Assembly: GCF_018350175.1 (NCBI RefSeq) | Contig: NC_058383.1 | Location: forward strand, 27,778,001-27,842,000 | Reading direction: 5' to 3' | Length of the DNA stretch: 64,000 bases | Source: Felis catus | Taxonomy: Eukaryota | Shown here: one piece after another, positions 47,858-60,679 of the stretch | Numbering within the stretch: position 1 is the stretch's first letter | Layout of the letters: the number at the start of each line of letters is the position of its first letter | Made by a program: the position numbers and the translations under genes | Notes under the pieces: model-generated | Databases searched by the model: none | What the model was told of the DNA's origin: nothing | The model's input: the letters and a program-made list of their open reading frames with translations, nothing else

Positions 47858-50399
47858 ACAACGTCAACATGCAGTGATAGGTAAGACTGAACTAGGAACC
47901 AGAAGACCTGGGTCTGAGCCCAAGTTCTGCCTCTAGGTAAATATATTTCTTAGGTATATACCAATTTATCTATTTCTTCAACTGTAAAACCAAGTGCCTT
48001 CAAGGGTATAACGTGTGGCCCAGGAGACAAGAGTGTGCCTTTGGTGAGAACTGTGGCCCCTGGAGTTCTACAAAGCACTACCTGTACAACTGAACACAAG
48101 ACCTCATCTCCAGGCTGCCATATTCCCTCATTTTAAATGGATATGTTGGCATCTGTGTGCTTCCTCCATTTCTGCAAGCTTGATCAAATCAAGTTCTCTC
48201 CTCAATACCTGAGGGAATATTCTGCTCTCCTGTGCTGATGTAGAAAGTTTCTAAGCCTGGGAAGTCCTAGATCACGCAGGAAAAATCTATCCCCAAAACA
48301 AAGGCCACCTTGTGAGGCCCCTTGTCAGTTCTCTGCCGGTGACACCCTGACTTTACTGCCAACTTCTCTTACACTTGAGGATATGGTCCAACCTTTTCAG
48401 GGTCTGCATGGCACCTATAAAAAGAGGATATGCAACCACGGGAATCCCATGCAACCAGAATAGGACGGATGACTGCAGGGACAGGGTGCTTTGCACCCTT
48501 AGCGTTTAAATACGTGACACACTGCACCTCTCTTCAGCCAAAGTGTGACTCCAACGTCGTCTAATTTATGTTCAATTATTTATTCTGCTGTAATGCCTTC
48601 TCCAATTACTAATAGATAATTGCATAAGAGGAAATGAAACCCAACACGCTGGGCTAACGTGAGATCATTTTATGGGCAAATTCCTGGCTTGGAAACACTT
48701 GCTGAAATGGGGCACAGGTGATTTAATACAATGAAATCAAGGAGACAGGGCCCCCTTTAATTAGCTCCTTAACTTATTTAATGATGCATCGTGGATCCTG
48801 AAAGCTGTTATTGTTTAAGGGTGTAATGTGCCATACAATTCAGGGAAAGCAGCCTGGGAAGGGAAAAGGCAAAACGCTGACTTCCGACCGAAGTTCCCAG
48901 GGCACCCTGCACAGCACCACCAGCAGTCCTGGTGATGGGTAATTTGCTTTCTTTCTCCCTTCTGAGCATCATGTAGCAGTGGAAAGAGCCTTTTAGTAAC
49001 TTCACGCTGCCATTAGACTCAAAAGTCTACTCTATCACCCTGCTACTACATGTGTTTGTACTTCCTGCCTCAGCACATTCATAATCAACAACAAGGAACT
49101 CACTTTTTCCCCTGAAGTTATCCTTCATCTTGGGTAAAAATCAGAGTGCGAAAGAGATGAGCAAGAAATGTAATTATTTTTCTAACACTGAACTTTTTAT
49201 TTCCAGAGTTCATGTCACAGGGAAGGTCTGAGGAACTTTTGGGGTTCTCCTTCTCTTGGGGTTACCTGGTTACCTCTAAGCATGCATGGCTTCACCTCTC
49301 CATGGAGAGCCAACCTGTTTCTCGCCCTGGCTTTCTGGGGAACAGCTCAGGGAAAAAATGCAGCCCCCCTATCAGAACAGCTATGCATTCTAGGGAAGCT
49401 GTCCCTGCACTCAGGCTTTTAGTTTCCTCTTCTCCCTGAGGCTATCTCTGTTGCTGACAGCTCCCCACTCCATATACTTTTTTGAGTTCAGCTTCTCCTT
49501 GTATTCCTTCTCTCATTCAAGTTAGGCACCTTTTGGTGGCCTTTTCCACATAAATCAAAACATCAGGGATCACAGATCACAGAATTTGAAACATAGAAGA
49601 GAACTCAGAAATAACCTGACATTACTCCCTGCCCTTTACAGTGTAGTTAATCAGGAGTGGGGGTAGAGTATGACCACAAAAGAATGGCATGAGAGAACTT
49701 TCTGGGGTGATGGAACCATTCCATACCCTGATTGTGGTGGTGGTTACAAGAATACATACCTGTGTTACAGTTCATAGAAACTAGACGCACATTACTTTTA
49801 CTATATGACAGCTTTAAAAAAAAATTAACCTCAAAAACATAGAAATAGCAAGTTTGAGGGTTGGAATCCAAATCTTGGTCTCCTGACCCCATAAAACCAC
49901 TCCCCTAAACAACTACAACTTAGCTGAGAAGGCAGGTCCAGATGGCAGGGACACTTCTGTATGTGTGACATGAAATGGGGCACAGGTGGTATAATACAAT
50001 TTATATATACAGTGCATCATATAGATGGTGTGTGTGTGTGTGTGTGTATTCCTCCCATCTTGACCTGCTTTGTACACATATCATATATATTCTTCTCCCA
50101 AGAGCTTAGCGCAGTGTCTGGTATGCAGTGGACACCCAAGAAATATTTGCTGAATGAAAATGAATTAGCAATTTGCATACAGGAAACACCACGAAAGAAT
50201 GCACGTAAGATGCTGTTGCACAAGTAGAGACAGCTTGAACTTCCAGCCTCCGGTGCTCTATCTGCCGACTCGCTTGATGCCCCTGCCAGGTGGGGGGCTT
50301 GGCTAATCATGTGTGCTCATAAAAAGTCAGTACTAATGGAAGCTATCATTTTTCCGCCCTTCGGCTGGGAGCCTTTCACATCACTCATGCTGGTTTTTA

Positions 50400-51560
50400 C
50401 TCTAGCCTGTCCCTTGAGCCCCAGGCACATATATGACCTGCAGCTTCAACAGCCGGATTTCAATGTTTTCTAGGCACCTTAAAGCCCACATGGCCAAAAG
50501 GGTGCCTATCCACCAGCTAAAACTCTGAGCAAAAGCCCAGGGTCTCTCTCCCATCTCAGTAAGAGGCACCACCCTGCCTCCAGCTACTTAAGCCAGAAAC
50601 TAAAACAACATTCTCGTTTCCTTCCATTCCCTCATCCTCCCATGGCCAATCCATCTGCTCCATCAACCCCATTACCCTGTCTCCGCCCTCACTTCATCCC
50701 TCCCCTCCTGGTCATCACCGCTTACCTGGAAAACCGCTGGAGTCCTTGTGTGGACCTCCCAGCTTCCACACTGACCATGCTACGGGCGGGCCACTGTCTA
50801 CAGAATGAACTGGTTTTTTAAATTAAAATCACACCACACCAGCAAAAGCTAGAGTGCTTCCCTTCATGCTCAGAATACACTCGAGTGGGAGGCCCTCTGC
50901 AGTCTGACCCCTGTCCTCTCTCCCATCCCATCTCTCTGCACTGTCCCTCTCACTCATACTCCAGCCACTTTTGCCCTTGAACTCTGGATCAATATGCCGA
51001 TCTCATTCCTCACCGTTCCTTAGCCTGTACTCCTCCCCACCCACCCCGGGGCTGTGGTTGGCTGCCTCTTTCCATGCAGGTCTTGCTTCAGATTTGAACT
51101 CTTCAGGTAAGACTATTTTAACCCAACCCAAAAGAGCCTCTTTTAAGGTGAAGAGTGTTTATTATTTTCATCACAGAACCAGATATTTTCTTTTTTTTTT
51201 TTTAACGTTTATTTATTATTGAGAGACAGAGAGACAGAGAGCATGAGCAGGGTAGGGGTAAAGAGAAGGGAAGACACAGAATCTGAAGTAGGCTCCAAGC
51301 TCTGAGCTGTCAGCACAGAGCCTGATGCGGGGCTCGAACTCACAGTGACATCATGACCTGAGCCGAAGTCAGTCGCCTAACCAACTGAGCCACCCAGGCG
51401 CCCCAAGAGATTTTCATTTATAAAAATAAGTTGTCTGTTGTCCTCCTCTGGAATAGAACCTCGATACTGTGAGGTTCTTTTCCATGCTATTCTCTTGTGA
51501 CAGCTTCATGCCAAGAACGGTGCACACAGGAGGCATGCAGCAAGCAAATGTTTGATTAAC
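50400..51560 (+). mobile_element. LINE-2 relic interrupted by a SINE
   Basis: tttctaggcaccttaaa, cccatctcagtaagaggcaccacc..agccagaaac, ggccctctgcagtctgaccc, aaatgtttg. Confidence 0.65.
51191..51404 (-). mobile_element. CanSINE
   Basis: Poly-T, (GA) linker, ..gagccacccaggcgcccc; TSD-like agatattttc / agagattttc. Confidence 0.96.
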
Positions 51561-51794
51561 AAGTTAATCGGAAAGGAAATGCATGCCCCCCAAAATAAAT
51601 AAATAAATAATCAGTACATCCTCAGCGAAATTCTCAAAGACTGCATAAACTGGCTGACAGATTCCAGAGGACACACTTAAAGGAACAATCACCAAGGCAC
51701 AAAAGACTTCAGTGAAAAACTGTAGCCCAGGGGCAAAAACACCCTTCTCTTTGTACGCTGAAACTTCAACACTGCGCACTTGGAGCTTCTTCCC

Positions 51795-51812
51795 TCGCCA
51801 GTAGGGGGCACC
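51795..51812 (+). promoter_or_regulatory. Predicted CTCF binding site
   Basis: tcgCCAGTAGGGGGCACc is an exact match to the core consensus CCASYAGRKGGCRS, in unique sequence. Confidence 0.65.
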
Positions 51813-53895
51813 TTCTCCCAGGGTAAAGAGCAGGGCGTGGAACCAGGGAATGAATTAGTATGTTTATTAGGCCACATCCCCAAAGACAGACCACTTGTCT
51901 CATCTAAGTTACAACTGTCTCCAAAGCATGGAAAGGGCTCTCCAATCAGCAATTTACACAGGCAAACTTAACATATTGTACGATGTTGATTTATGGTGAC
52001 AATTAAGAACGTATTACCAAAGTCTATTTCACCATTAACATCCCTGGGGACAGGATAAGTTTTAAATCTTCCGGCTGCTTCTTCCCTAAAGGCTGGGATC
52101 TTGGCTAAGGATTTAGAGATTATAAATTTAACAAAGGATGAAAACTGCAAGAGGAGAGTCTTGAACAGCAAATAATGAGTTTAACCAGTGTCTCAAGTTC
52201 TCAGCAAGATTTATAATGCTTCCCTGCCTAAGGCCAAGGAATCTTTTATTTTGAAGTTTATAGCGCTATCACTTGCTGTTTTAGATCCAGATGTGAGAGT
52301 CTGGCTCTGGGACGGGATTCTTTATGGAAGTCAGTGGTCATGGCTTCAGCAAAACTCTCCTTCTGAGGACCTTTCTGGAGAACAGTATAGTGACCAGGAG
52401 GCAACGGCTGTCACATGTAAAGACCAAAAGAGGCACCAGGGCTTGAACAAGTGACATACAGACCACTGAACTGCATACTCATCTGACCAGAAAGCCCAGT
52501 GGCTAGATACCCAACAATCCAGATTCTAAGAACTCGGGGGCTAACTGGTTCTATAATGACAGAGTCTGGATTTTCACCTTTGGGGTCACCCATCACAGTA
52601 AAGGAATACTAGCAAAAGCCAACTGCTAGCTACTTACTGTTGAACTGACAGAGTGTGGAAGTCAATCAGCTGTACCTAGGTCAAACTTCCTCAAAGTACA
52701 CTCCATATTTCATCTCCATAGGAGGTGGCCACCTCCATCAGGATTACCTGGGATACATTTAAAGGAAGAAAAAGCCACTACACCAGGCCTGCAAAAATCT
52801 GGGGCTGAGGTCTAGAAATCTCCATCATTAACATGCTCCACAGATTATTCCTATACATACTAAATTTTAGAAAACACTGATCCAGCTTTGTTGGGATGGA
52901 TGAGAGCTGACCTCTCAAAACACCTACTCCAAGCAGAACTCTAGATGCGACTAGGAAGTACTTCTCTTTGTCTCTGGCTATTTTACTCTGAAAAGGCAAC
53001 CATCATGAGAGCCTCTTGGAAAGAAAGGGAGGTGATATTCCTGAAGAACATTCATTTCTTCTGAGACACTGACCCTCCACTGGACCACCCATTAGCATGA
53101 CAATATTTGTATACAACCCTGCCCAATTTTGCCTTAAAATATGTACCTGTGGTATACATGGCACTCCAGTAGGTGTTAGAATATTTTTAACGACGAAAAC
53201 AACTTGAGAATTGAGTAATGAACATCCAAGAGAAGAATTTCAGGTACCGTGAAGGCTATTACAGACAATACTACCTTATCCCCTCCCTCACTCTCTCCCA
53301 AGACAGAGTCACATAAAAGTTGGCTTGCATGACCATATACTGGGTACCAGAACCTATCACATTCTGTGAGTCCAAATTCTCAATGTTGTCTGGTCATGAG
53401 GTTTTCAAAGCATAGCATTTTACCAATAGAGAGAATCACCCACCAAATGCAATGTGTATTATGTACACACACACACGTGCACACACGCGCCTAGGAAGTG
53501 TATTGTTCTGCTCGTCAGGGACTGGCACAAGATGGTGGGTACAGAGTCCACCCATTCTGGTCACCAGAATCTTAACTACAATAATCAATAAGTATCTACA
53601 AATACCAGATATCCATCTGTAACAACATAAATATTTGTCTTACAGAGTAAATTTTCTTAACATGAATTGGACAGGATATGGCATAACAGAAAAATGATCA
53701 TGCTAACTAACATTTACTGGGAACTTATTTTGGGTTCAAGAATTTTATAGACATTGTGAGTTATTCTCATCACAATGCTGAATTCGGTAATGTTATACCT
53801 CCATTTTACGGATGAGAAAACAAAAACTTTAAGTCACATTCCAAAGTTATACAGCAGAGCAATAAGCTGGGATTTCAATCCATACAGCCTGACTC

Positions 53896-54226
53896 CAGAG
53901 GCAACTTTTTCAGGAAAGTCTGGATAATAAGTGTTTTAGGCTTTGCAAGCCATAAGACCTTGGTCACAGCTACTCAACTCCATCACCGTGGCACAAAAGC
54001 AGCCATACGGCAATAGGTGGCTTGTGCCAATGAGCATGGCTGTGTACCAATAAAACTTTATTTATAGGAACTGAAATCTGAACTTCATATAATTTTCACA
54101 TATCATGAAACATTATTGTTTGGTTTTTCCAACCAGTAAAAAAGGTAAAAAAAATACTCTTATGATTGGTACAAAAATGGGTGATGGCCTAGATTTGGCC
54201 GACAGACTACAGTTTGCACACCCTTG
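53896..54226 (+). mobile_element. hAT-Charlie MER58B-like element abutting a MIR (-) relic (~53700-53895)
   Basis: ttttaggctttgcaagccat..ctactcaactc..ggctgtgtaccaataaaactttatttat..tttggcc..agtttgcacacccttg. Confidence 0.88.
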
Positions 54227-54725
54227 CTCTATAGCACTTTCTAGTCATGATACCTTGGGCAGGTTTCTCAGTATCTCAGCTTCTTATCCTTAATCACTAG
54301 GCTAATGATACCTTGATTGACAGCATACCCTAAGTCATTTGCTCATTCACGTGTATGTTTTTACTTAACAGATACTTATTGGACCATGCACTGGGCTAGA
54401 TGCTGAAGATGCTAGATCCAGTCTCATCCCTCAGTGAGCTTGTATTTCAGTGGCGGTAACAGATGGAGAAGCAAGCGTTCTCTGTGACAAGTATCTGACA
54501 GCAAAGCCGAGAGTGCTATGGGACAACAACTCTGGAATAAGGAACTCAGAATGTCTCAAAGGCACCGCAAGAAAAGTAGCGACTTTCGAGACACAGGTGA
54601 TTCCATATGGAGGGGGCCCAAACTCATACTGTCATTCATCCTACTCTGGTTGGGCTCCCATGGGAGACGTATGGAATATCTGAATCGCAGATCCTAGGCC
54701 ACTGCTCTAATCCTTTGACAAAAGA

Positions 54726-55254
54726 TATATTTTTTTTGTGCTGTTGTGTAATGCATTACCATACACTTAATAGCTTAAAATAACACATATTTCCTATCTC
54801 ACGGTTTCCATGGATCAGGAGTCTGGACACAGCCTAGCTGCCTCCTCTGCTCGGGGCCACACTAGGCTGCAGTCAAGGTATCAGCGGGACCACATTCTCA
54901 TCTGGAGGTTTGACTGGAGAAGCAGCAGCTTCTGAGTTCATTCACATTGTCGGCAGAATTCATTTTCTTGTGGCTGTGGAACTGGAGGTGGCTTGCCTCT
55001 TCAAGGCTAGCAGGAGTGACAACGGTTCTTCTTAGCATTTACACAAATGCAAAATAAATACATAGAAACCATTCTCACCCTTGCCATATAACATAGTTTA
55101 ACCAAAGAAGTGACACTGCGTCCATCACCTCTGCCATATTCTGTTGGCTAGAAGCAAGTTGCAGGTCCTTCCATCCTGAAGGGGAAAGGATCATCAAGGA
55201 CATTATACCGGGAGTCAAAGGTCATGGGTGCCATCTTAGGATTCTGCTACCACA
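54726..55254 (-). mobile_element. Solo MaLR LTR (MLT1E-like)
   Basis: gcttaaaataacac, ggatcaggagtctgg..gctgcagtcaagg, ggcagaattca..gccatcttaggattctgctaccaca; 5-bp TSD aaaga at 54721-54725 and 55255-55259. Confidence 0.85.
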
Positions 55255-56046
55255 AAAGACGTCTGGCACACAGGACGCATGTTGTACCTGGGTCATGTGG
55301 TCCATGAGCTAAAAGAGCTTAGCACACTGTCCAGCACAGAAGAGGCTTGTTACTATCCTTATCATTTGCAACTACCATTATGGAGAATGTTCCATCCATG
55401 TTTCATCCCTCTCAGAGCATTATTCATCTCTCCAAGGTGATTTGGGATATTGCTATGCAGAGAGCAACTTCTCCTCTTTCTCTCCAGGGACTTCCACGTA
55501 TCACACTGAGTCCACATTCCCTTTGATGCCTTGAAGTTTTCGAGCTGACCTAATGGCTTTGTGCTGTATTGCTGTCTAGGTAGAAATGCTTCTGTCAGAG
55601 GTGGGTTATGTCAACTTTTGCCAACAGCGTCTGAGCTCCCAAATTCCAAATGCTAATTTGCTTTGTGCCAACAAATTCATCTCACAATCTTTTACTGCAT
55701 GCCCACTGCATGTCAGGTGATGTGTTTTCTCCTTCTTGGTAGGTTTGCTCCAGCTCATATCCCCAGAATTTTCTGTCATTTTGACTGTTTTAATTTGTAT
55801 TCAGTGTCACTTTTCCCCCCATTCTATTTAAGGCTGAGTCCATTTTTTACAAGCAGTATCTAAGGTGTGAGGTATCAGAGAAATACCACACCTCACTGAT
55901 CCTCTCTTCTGTAGTGAGGAGTACATTTCACTAAGCTTTTCACTCTCTCCCTCTTTATTTCCTACTACCTTTCCTTACCATTGAGATTCAGAGTCACTGT
56001 GTGCCCCCTCTCTCTTACAATCAACTCTCAAAGAGGAAGGAAAGAA

Positions 56047-56117
56047 GAAAAGAAAAGAAAAGAAAAGAAAAGAAAAGAAAAGAAAAGAAAAGAAAAGAAA
56101 AGAAAAGAAAAGAAAAG

Positions 56118-56141
<24 letters not shown>
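56047..56141. repeat. (GAAAA)19 pentanucleotide microsatellite within a purine tract ~56031-56180
   Basis: Directly visible. Confidence 0.98.
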
Positions 56142-56148
<7 letters not shown>

Positions 56149-56904
56149 GGAAGAAAAGAAAAGAAAGTAAAAAAAGAAAAAACCTGTGGTATTTCAGTTG
56201 AGTATCTTTTATTTCTTTGTGTGTGTGTATACCTCTGGTTTCCCAGGAATACTTTCTGATTCAAGTGACTGTTACTATATCATTAGTAATAACAATAATA
56301 TTAATATTGATGATATTAATAAAAACTGATGTTGCTGGGGCTCTAATTATGTTCCAGGATCTAAGACCTTTCTGTATATATAATAAGTGCAAAGCTTCTA
56401 CATTACCCCAGTTCCATGCTAAGCCCTGTGCCTAGAATGTGTTACCTAAACCAGCCCATTCTTTTGCTCTCAGCGCTTACTCTCTGTCGAGCACTGAACC
56501 ATGAGATTGCCAATATTCAATCATTTTTTCATTTACAAGAAAGGCAATTTCATATGGTTCAACCTAATAACAGGGATTTATACTGAATGATTACACAAAC
56601 AGAAGGACAATTATGATCTAAGAGCCATGCAGGAAAAACACGGAGTTCTATGTAAAAGTAAAACAGGGGAAACTGACTAAATCCCGGTTTTAGGATGGTG
56701 TTGGGGAGATACTTCTTCTCCAGCCCTATGTTGCTTCCCAAACAGGGAAAATTGCATTAATGCAACAGTCCTGCCCTCCCTCCACCCTCCTCCGCCAGTG
56801 AGTGCTGTGGAGAGGACTGTTAGTGATCCCATTCCTTATCCTTCCTGTTAGCAGTCCACCCCCACAGAAACATCTGCTTTCTTTGCTCCTCCACACTTAC
56901 ATTT

Positions 56905-58170
56905 TTCTTTCTCTTGTGGCAGAATACACATGACACAAAATTTTCCATCTTCACCCATGTTAAGAGTACAATTCAGTGGCAGTAAGCACTCTCACACTGT
57001 TGGGCAGCCATCATCACCGTCCATCTCCAGATCTTTTTTCATCTTCCCAAACTGGAACTAGGATCCCATTGAATATTTCCCCCATTTTACCCTCCCACAG
57101 GCCTGACGGCCACCTCTACTTTCAGTCTCCATGAGTTTGACTACTGGAGATACCACATATCAGTGGAATTATACAGTATTTGTCTTTTTGTGACTGCCTT
57201 AGTTCACTTACCAGTACATCAAGGTCCAACCATCTCATAGCGTGTGTCAGAATTTCCTTCCCTGTTAAAGCTGAATAATTTGCCATTGTGTTCATACACC
57301 ACATTTTCTTTATCTAGTTATTCATCCATCAATGGGCACTTGGGTTGTTTCTCCTTTCTGGCTAATCTGATAAATGCTGCCATGAACATGGATGTGCAAA
57401 TACTTGTTTGAGTTCCCACTTTCAACTCTTTGGGGTATCTACGTAAGCGGAATTGCTGTACCAAGTGGCAATTCTATTTTTAATTTTTTGAGAACCTACC
57501 ATGGGGTATTCCACAGCAGTGGCACCTTTTGAAGCCCTGCCGTTTCCAAGTGCTCCACACCCTTGCCAACATCTACTCTCTTGTTTGGTAAGGGCCATCC
57601 TAATGGGTGTCAAATGGCATCTCACTGTGGTTTAGATTTGCTTTTCCTCATGATGAATGATGTTCAGCATCTCTGCATGTGCTTATTGGCCAATCATGTG
57701 TCTTCTCTGGAAAGATGTCTATTCAACTCCACTGCCTATTTTTTAATCAAGTTGCTTGCTGTTGTATTGTAGGAGTTCTTCACATATTCTAAATATTAAC
57801 CCTGGGAGTCTGAGTGGCTCAGTTGGTTAAGCGTCCAACTCTTGATCTCGGTTCAGGTCACGATCTCACGGTTCCTGAGTTTGAGCCCCCAATCAGGCTC
57901 TGCGCTGACAGGGTGGAGCCTGCTTCAGATTCTCTCTCTCGCCACTCCCTTCCTTATGCTCTCTCTCTCTCTCTTACCCTCTCAAAATAAATAAACTTAA
58001 AATAAATAAATATTAACCCTTTATCAGATAGGTTTTGCAAATATTTTCTCCCATTCTATAAGGAGCCTTTGCACTGTGTTGATGGTGTCCTTTGATGCAC
58101 AAGTTACAAATTTTGATATAGTCCAATTTAAGTATATTTCCTTTGGCAGCCTGTGCTTTTGGGGTCATAT
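56905..58170 (-). mobile_element. 5'-truncated LINE-1 (L1MB-like) interrupted by a SINE
   Basis: Minus-strand MRCHLTPIRMA..RCWQGCG (57422-57625) resembles the L1 ORF2 C-terminal MRYHLTPVRMA..RCWRGCG; L1MB-type 3' UTR. Confidence 0.9.
57804..58006 (+). mobile_element. CanSINE
   Basis: TSD taaatattaaccct at 57790-57803 and 58007-58020. Confidence 0.96.
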
Positions 58171-59068
58171 TATGCTTCAGTTTTACAGAGGCAGGCCTAC
58201 CACTGGGGCTCACCTACTCACCAGTGCTGCTGGTGAGTGCAGTTAATCCTGGGTTTAGTGTTAAGAATCACACTTATCCACTGAAATGAGCCCTGTTTTC
58301 CAACATCAGCTTTTCTAGTTCAACAAAGAGGTATTTTGACCTCCATCAGAATTATTCCTTGCCTTTTTCTTAATTTGTTTGGTACTAATTTATGCCTTTC
58401 TTCCAACACCAAAAGGACATCAAAGAATGTGATTTTAGGATGGCAGCTGAAGGATGCACAGAAGTTAATTAATGGAAGGGGAAAGAGAAGGCTAAATCAT
58501 CTAAGGCAGAGGGAAGAAAATATTCAAATGGAAGAAGAAAAGTATAAGCAAATACCTATCAATGAACAAATGGTGGGGGGTGGGGCATAAAGAGGGGCTG
58601 GAAAATGTAGAGAAGAGAGTAAATGGAACAGAGGAAAAGATGAAGTTCCAGCCAGGAGCAGAGTCAGAGCCCCACATAATCATGATCTTGTGGGATATTG
58701 TGTCTGTCCCTGACCAGAAAGAGTTAAGTTTGTTTTCTGTGATCCCTGCTATTGAATAAGACAGATAAGCATGTCACTTTGCTGCCACCAAAGCCTTAGG
58801 TCAAAAAATACTTTAATTGGATAAGGAAACTCCCTTATGCCAAAATGGGTGGGAAAAAAAATCAAAGAAAAGAGGAAACACAAATTACACTAACACAAAA
58901 AAGTGCTTGCAAGGAGCGGGAAGGAAGAAGGCATCAAAATTCCTATCCTTCTAAAATCGTCCATAATTTTAAATGGACTCCCCAAGATGTATTTGGCCAT
59001 TAGAAATATAAACACTTTCCCCCAGTCTTTGGCAAGGGGTTTCAGCAGATGAATGAGGAAAAAAAATG

Positions 59069-59172
59069 TTTTAAGATTTTTATTTTTAAGTAATCTCTAC
59101 ACCCAACATGGGGCTGGACCCTATAACCCCAGATCAAGCATTCCACACTCTACCTGAGCCAGCCAGGCGCCC
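59069..59172 (-). mobile_element. Short tRNA(Lys)-like carnivore SINE lacking the CT linker
   Basis: Minus strand gggcgcctggctggctcaggtagag..ccccatgttgggtgtagagattacttaaaaataaaaatcttaaaa; TSD-like gatgaat. Confidence 0.88.
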
Positions 59173-60074
59173 TGATGAATTAGAAAGATCTTAATAAATA
59201 ATACTTCTCTCTGTGGGCTTCAATCAACCCAACACCCAGGACTACAAGGAGGTACATCATTGCATTTAATACTTACAACTTCCCTAGGAGGATGAGCACC
59301 CCCCATTACCCTTGTTCTGCAGATGAAAACACCAAGGGGTTAAATAAGTGAAATGAATCCCCCACAGTCGTCACACTGTTCCATAGTAGAAAGATTAAAA
59401 ACCAGTTTTGTCTGATGCCAGAATTCATGTTTCTATTCATTGTAACAGCCTTATGTGCATAAATTCTATTCCAGAGAATACAAGAGGCAGCTTTGGCCAG
59501 CTTAGGTCAAAGCCTCTTCCCTCAGTGTGAGATTTTCACGTGGGTTTGCCCCTTTGTTCAGCGACCTCCAGACCCCGATGACAGACCTACAGAGTCTGTA
59601 CAAATTTCTACTGAGTGACTGGGAACGTGGAGGGAGAAAAAGGGAAGATGGACCAACCGTGAAGAAGGATCTGTGGGAAGAAGGAAGATTAGCAGTGCAA
59701 GGAAGTAGAAGGGGAGCTATCTTTCCACAAAACAGCATCTAGTTTAACGAAAGTTGGTTGGCCCGAATTCTTTGTCATCTAGACAGTAGCTTCTCCCACC
59801 CAAAAACCCAAAAGCAAAATAAAAGACGGATTTAAAAATAAGACTAGTTCTTTCTCTTTCATTTACTTTTGACGTTAATTTATGGTGCACCTTTTCTGTG
59901 CCAGGTACTGTTTTAGGCATTTGGGATAGATCAGGGGGCCAGACAAGGATCCCTTCTCATGTAATGTCCTACTTAAGAGAAAGAGACAATAACCAGTAAC
60001 CAAAATAAACAGAGTGGACACTAAGGGGCTGAAATAAGTCTTTCTTACCCCTCTATCACTTCAAATCTGGTCAC

Positions 60075-60310
60075 TGCAATAGCACGTATGGAATGTCTAC
60101 TCTGTGAAAGACTCGATTTTAGATGATGATCTCATGTAATTCACTTGGGTGAATCTATGAGGTGAACTCCATTATAATCCCCATTTTACAGAAGGGTAAG
60201 CAGACACTTAAAAAGGAAACTGTCTAAAGGCCAACAACCAGGAAGTGGCAGGTCCTAGACTTGAACCCAAGTAGCCTGATTCCAGAATCTGTGCTCTAAG
60301 CACTAGACAG
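60075..60310 (-). mobile_element. MIR SINE relic
   Basis: ctatgaggtg..attataatccccattttacaga..ggaagtggca..ttgaacccaagtagcctgattccaga. Confidence 0.75.
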
Positions 60311-60453
60311 ACCACCTCCTGGGATAAGGTTCAAAGTTACAAACAACGGGAATGGACTCTATGTAACTTAAACAGAAAAGGACTTATCAGAAGGGTAACC
60401 AATAGCTCACAAAATCAAAGAGGAAATAGAAACTTAGAGTTTGAGAAAGTAAA

Positions 60454-60679
60454 GGGGTACCTGGGTGGCTCAGTCGGTTGAGCGTCCAACTTCAGCTTGG
60501 GTCATGATCTCACAGTTCCCGAGTTCGAGCCCTGTGTCGGGCTCTGTGCTGACAGCTCACAGCCTGGAGCCTGCTTTGGATTCTGTGTCTCCCTCTCTCT
60601 CTGTTCCTCCCCTGCTCACGCTCTGTCTCTCAAAAATAAACACTAAAAAAAAAAAAGAAAAAGAAAAAGAAGAATAAAA
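60454..60679 (+). mobile_element. CanSINE (probably inside a degenerate old LTR)
   Basis: ggggtacctgggtggctcagtcgg head, B box gagttcgagcc; TSD-like tgagaaagta / tgagaaagca. Confidence 0.96.

Noticed and set aside
52721..52736. Perfect 16-bp palindrome GGAGGTGGCCACCTCC
   Set aside because: About one is expected by chance in 64 kb (64000/4^8); it is also a poor CTCF match
55981..56264. KEKKR / FFSFL repeat ORFs
   Set aside because: Translations of the (GAAAA)n microsatellite
59069..59172. tRNA-Lys-like sequence
   Set aside because: Degenerate arms, A-rich tail and TSD-like flanks mark it as a SINE, not a functional tRNA; the same applies to the other SINE heads
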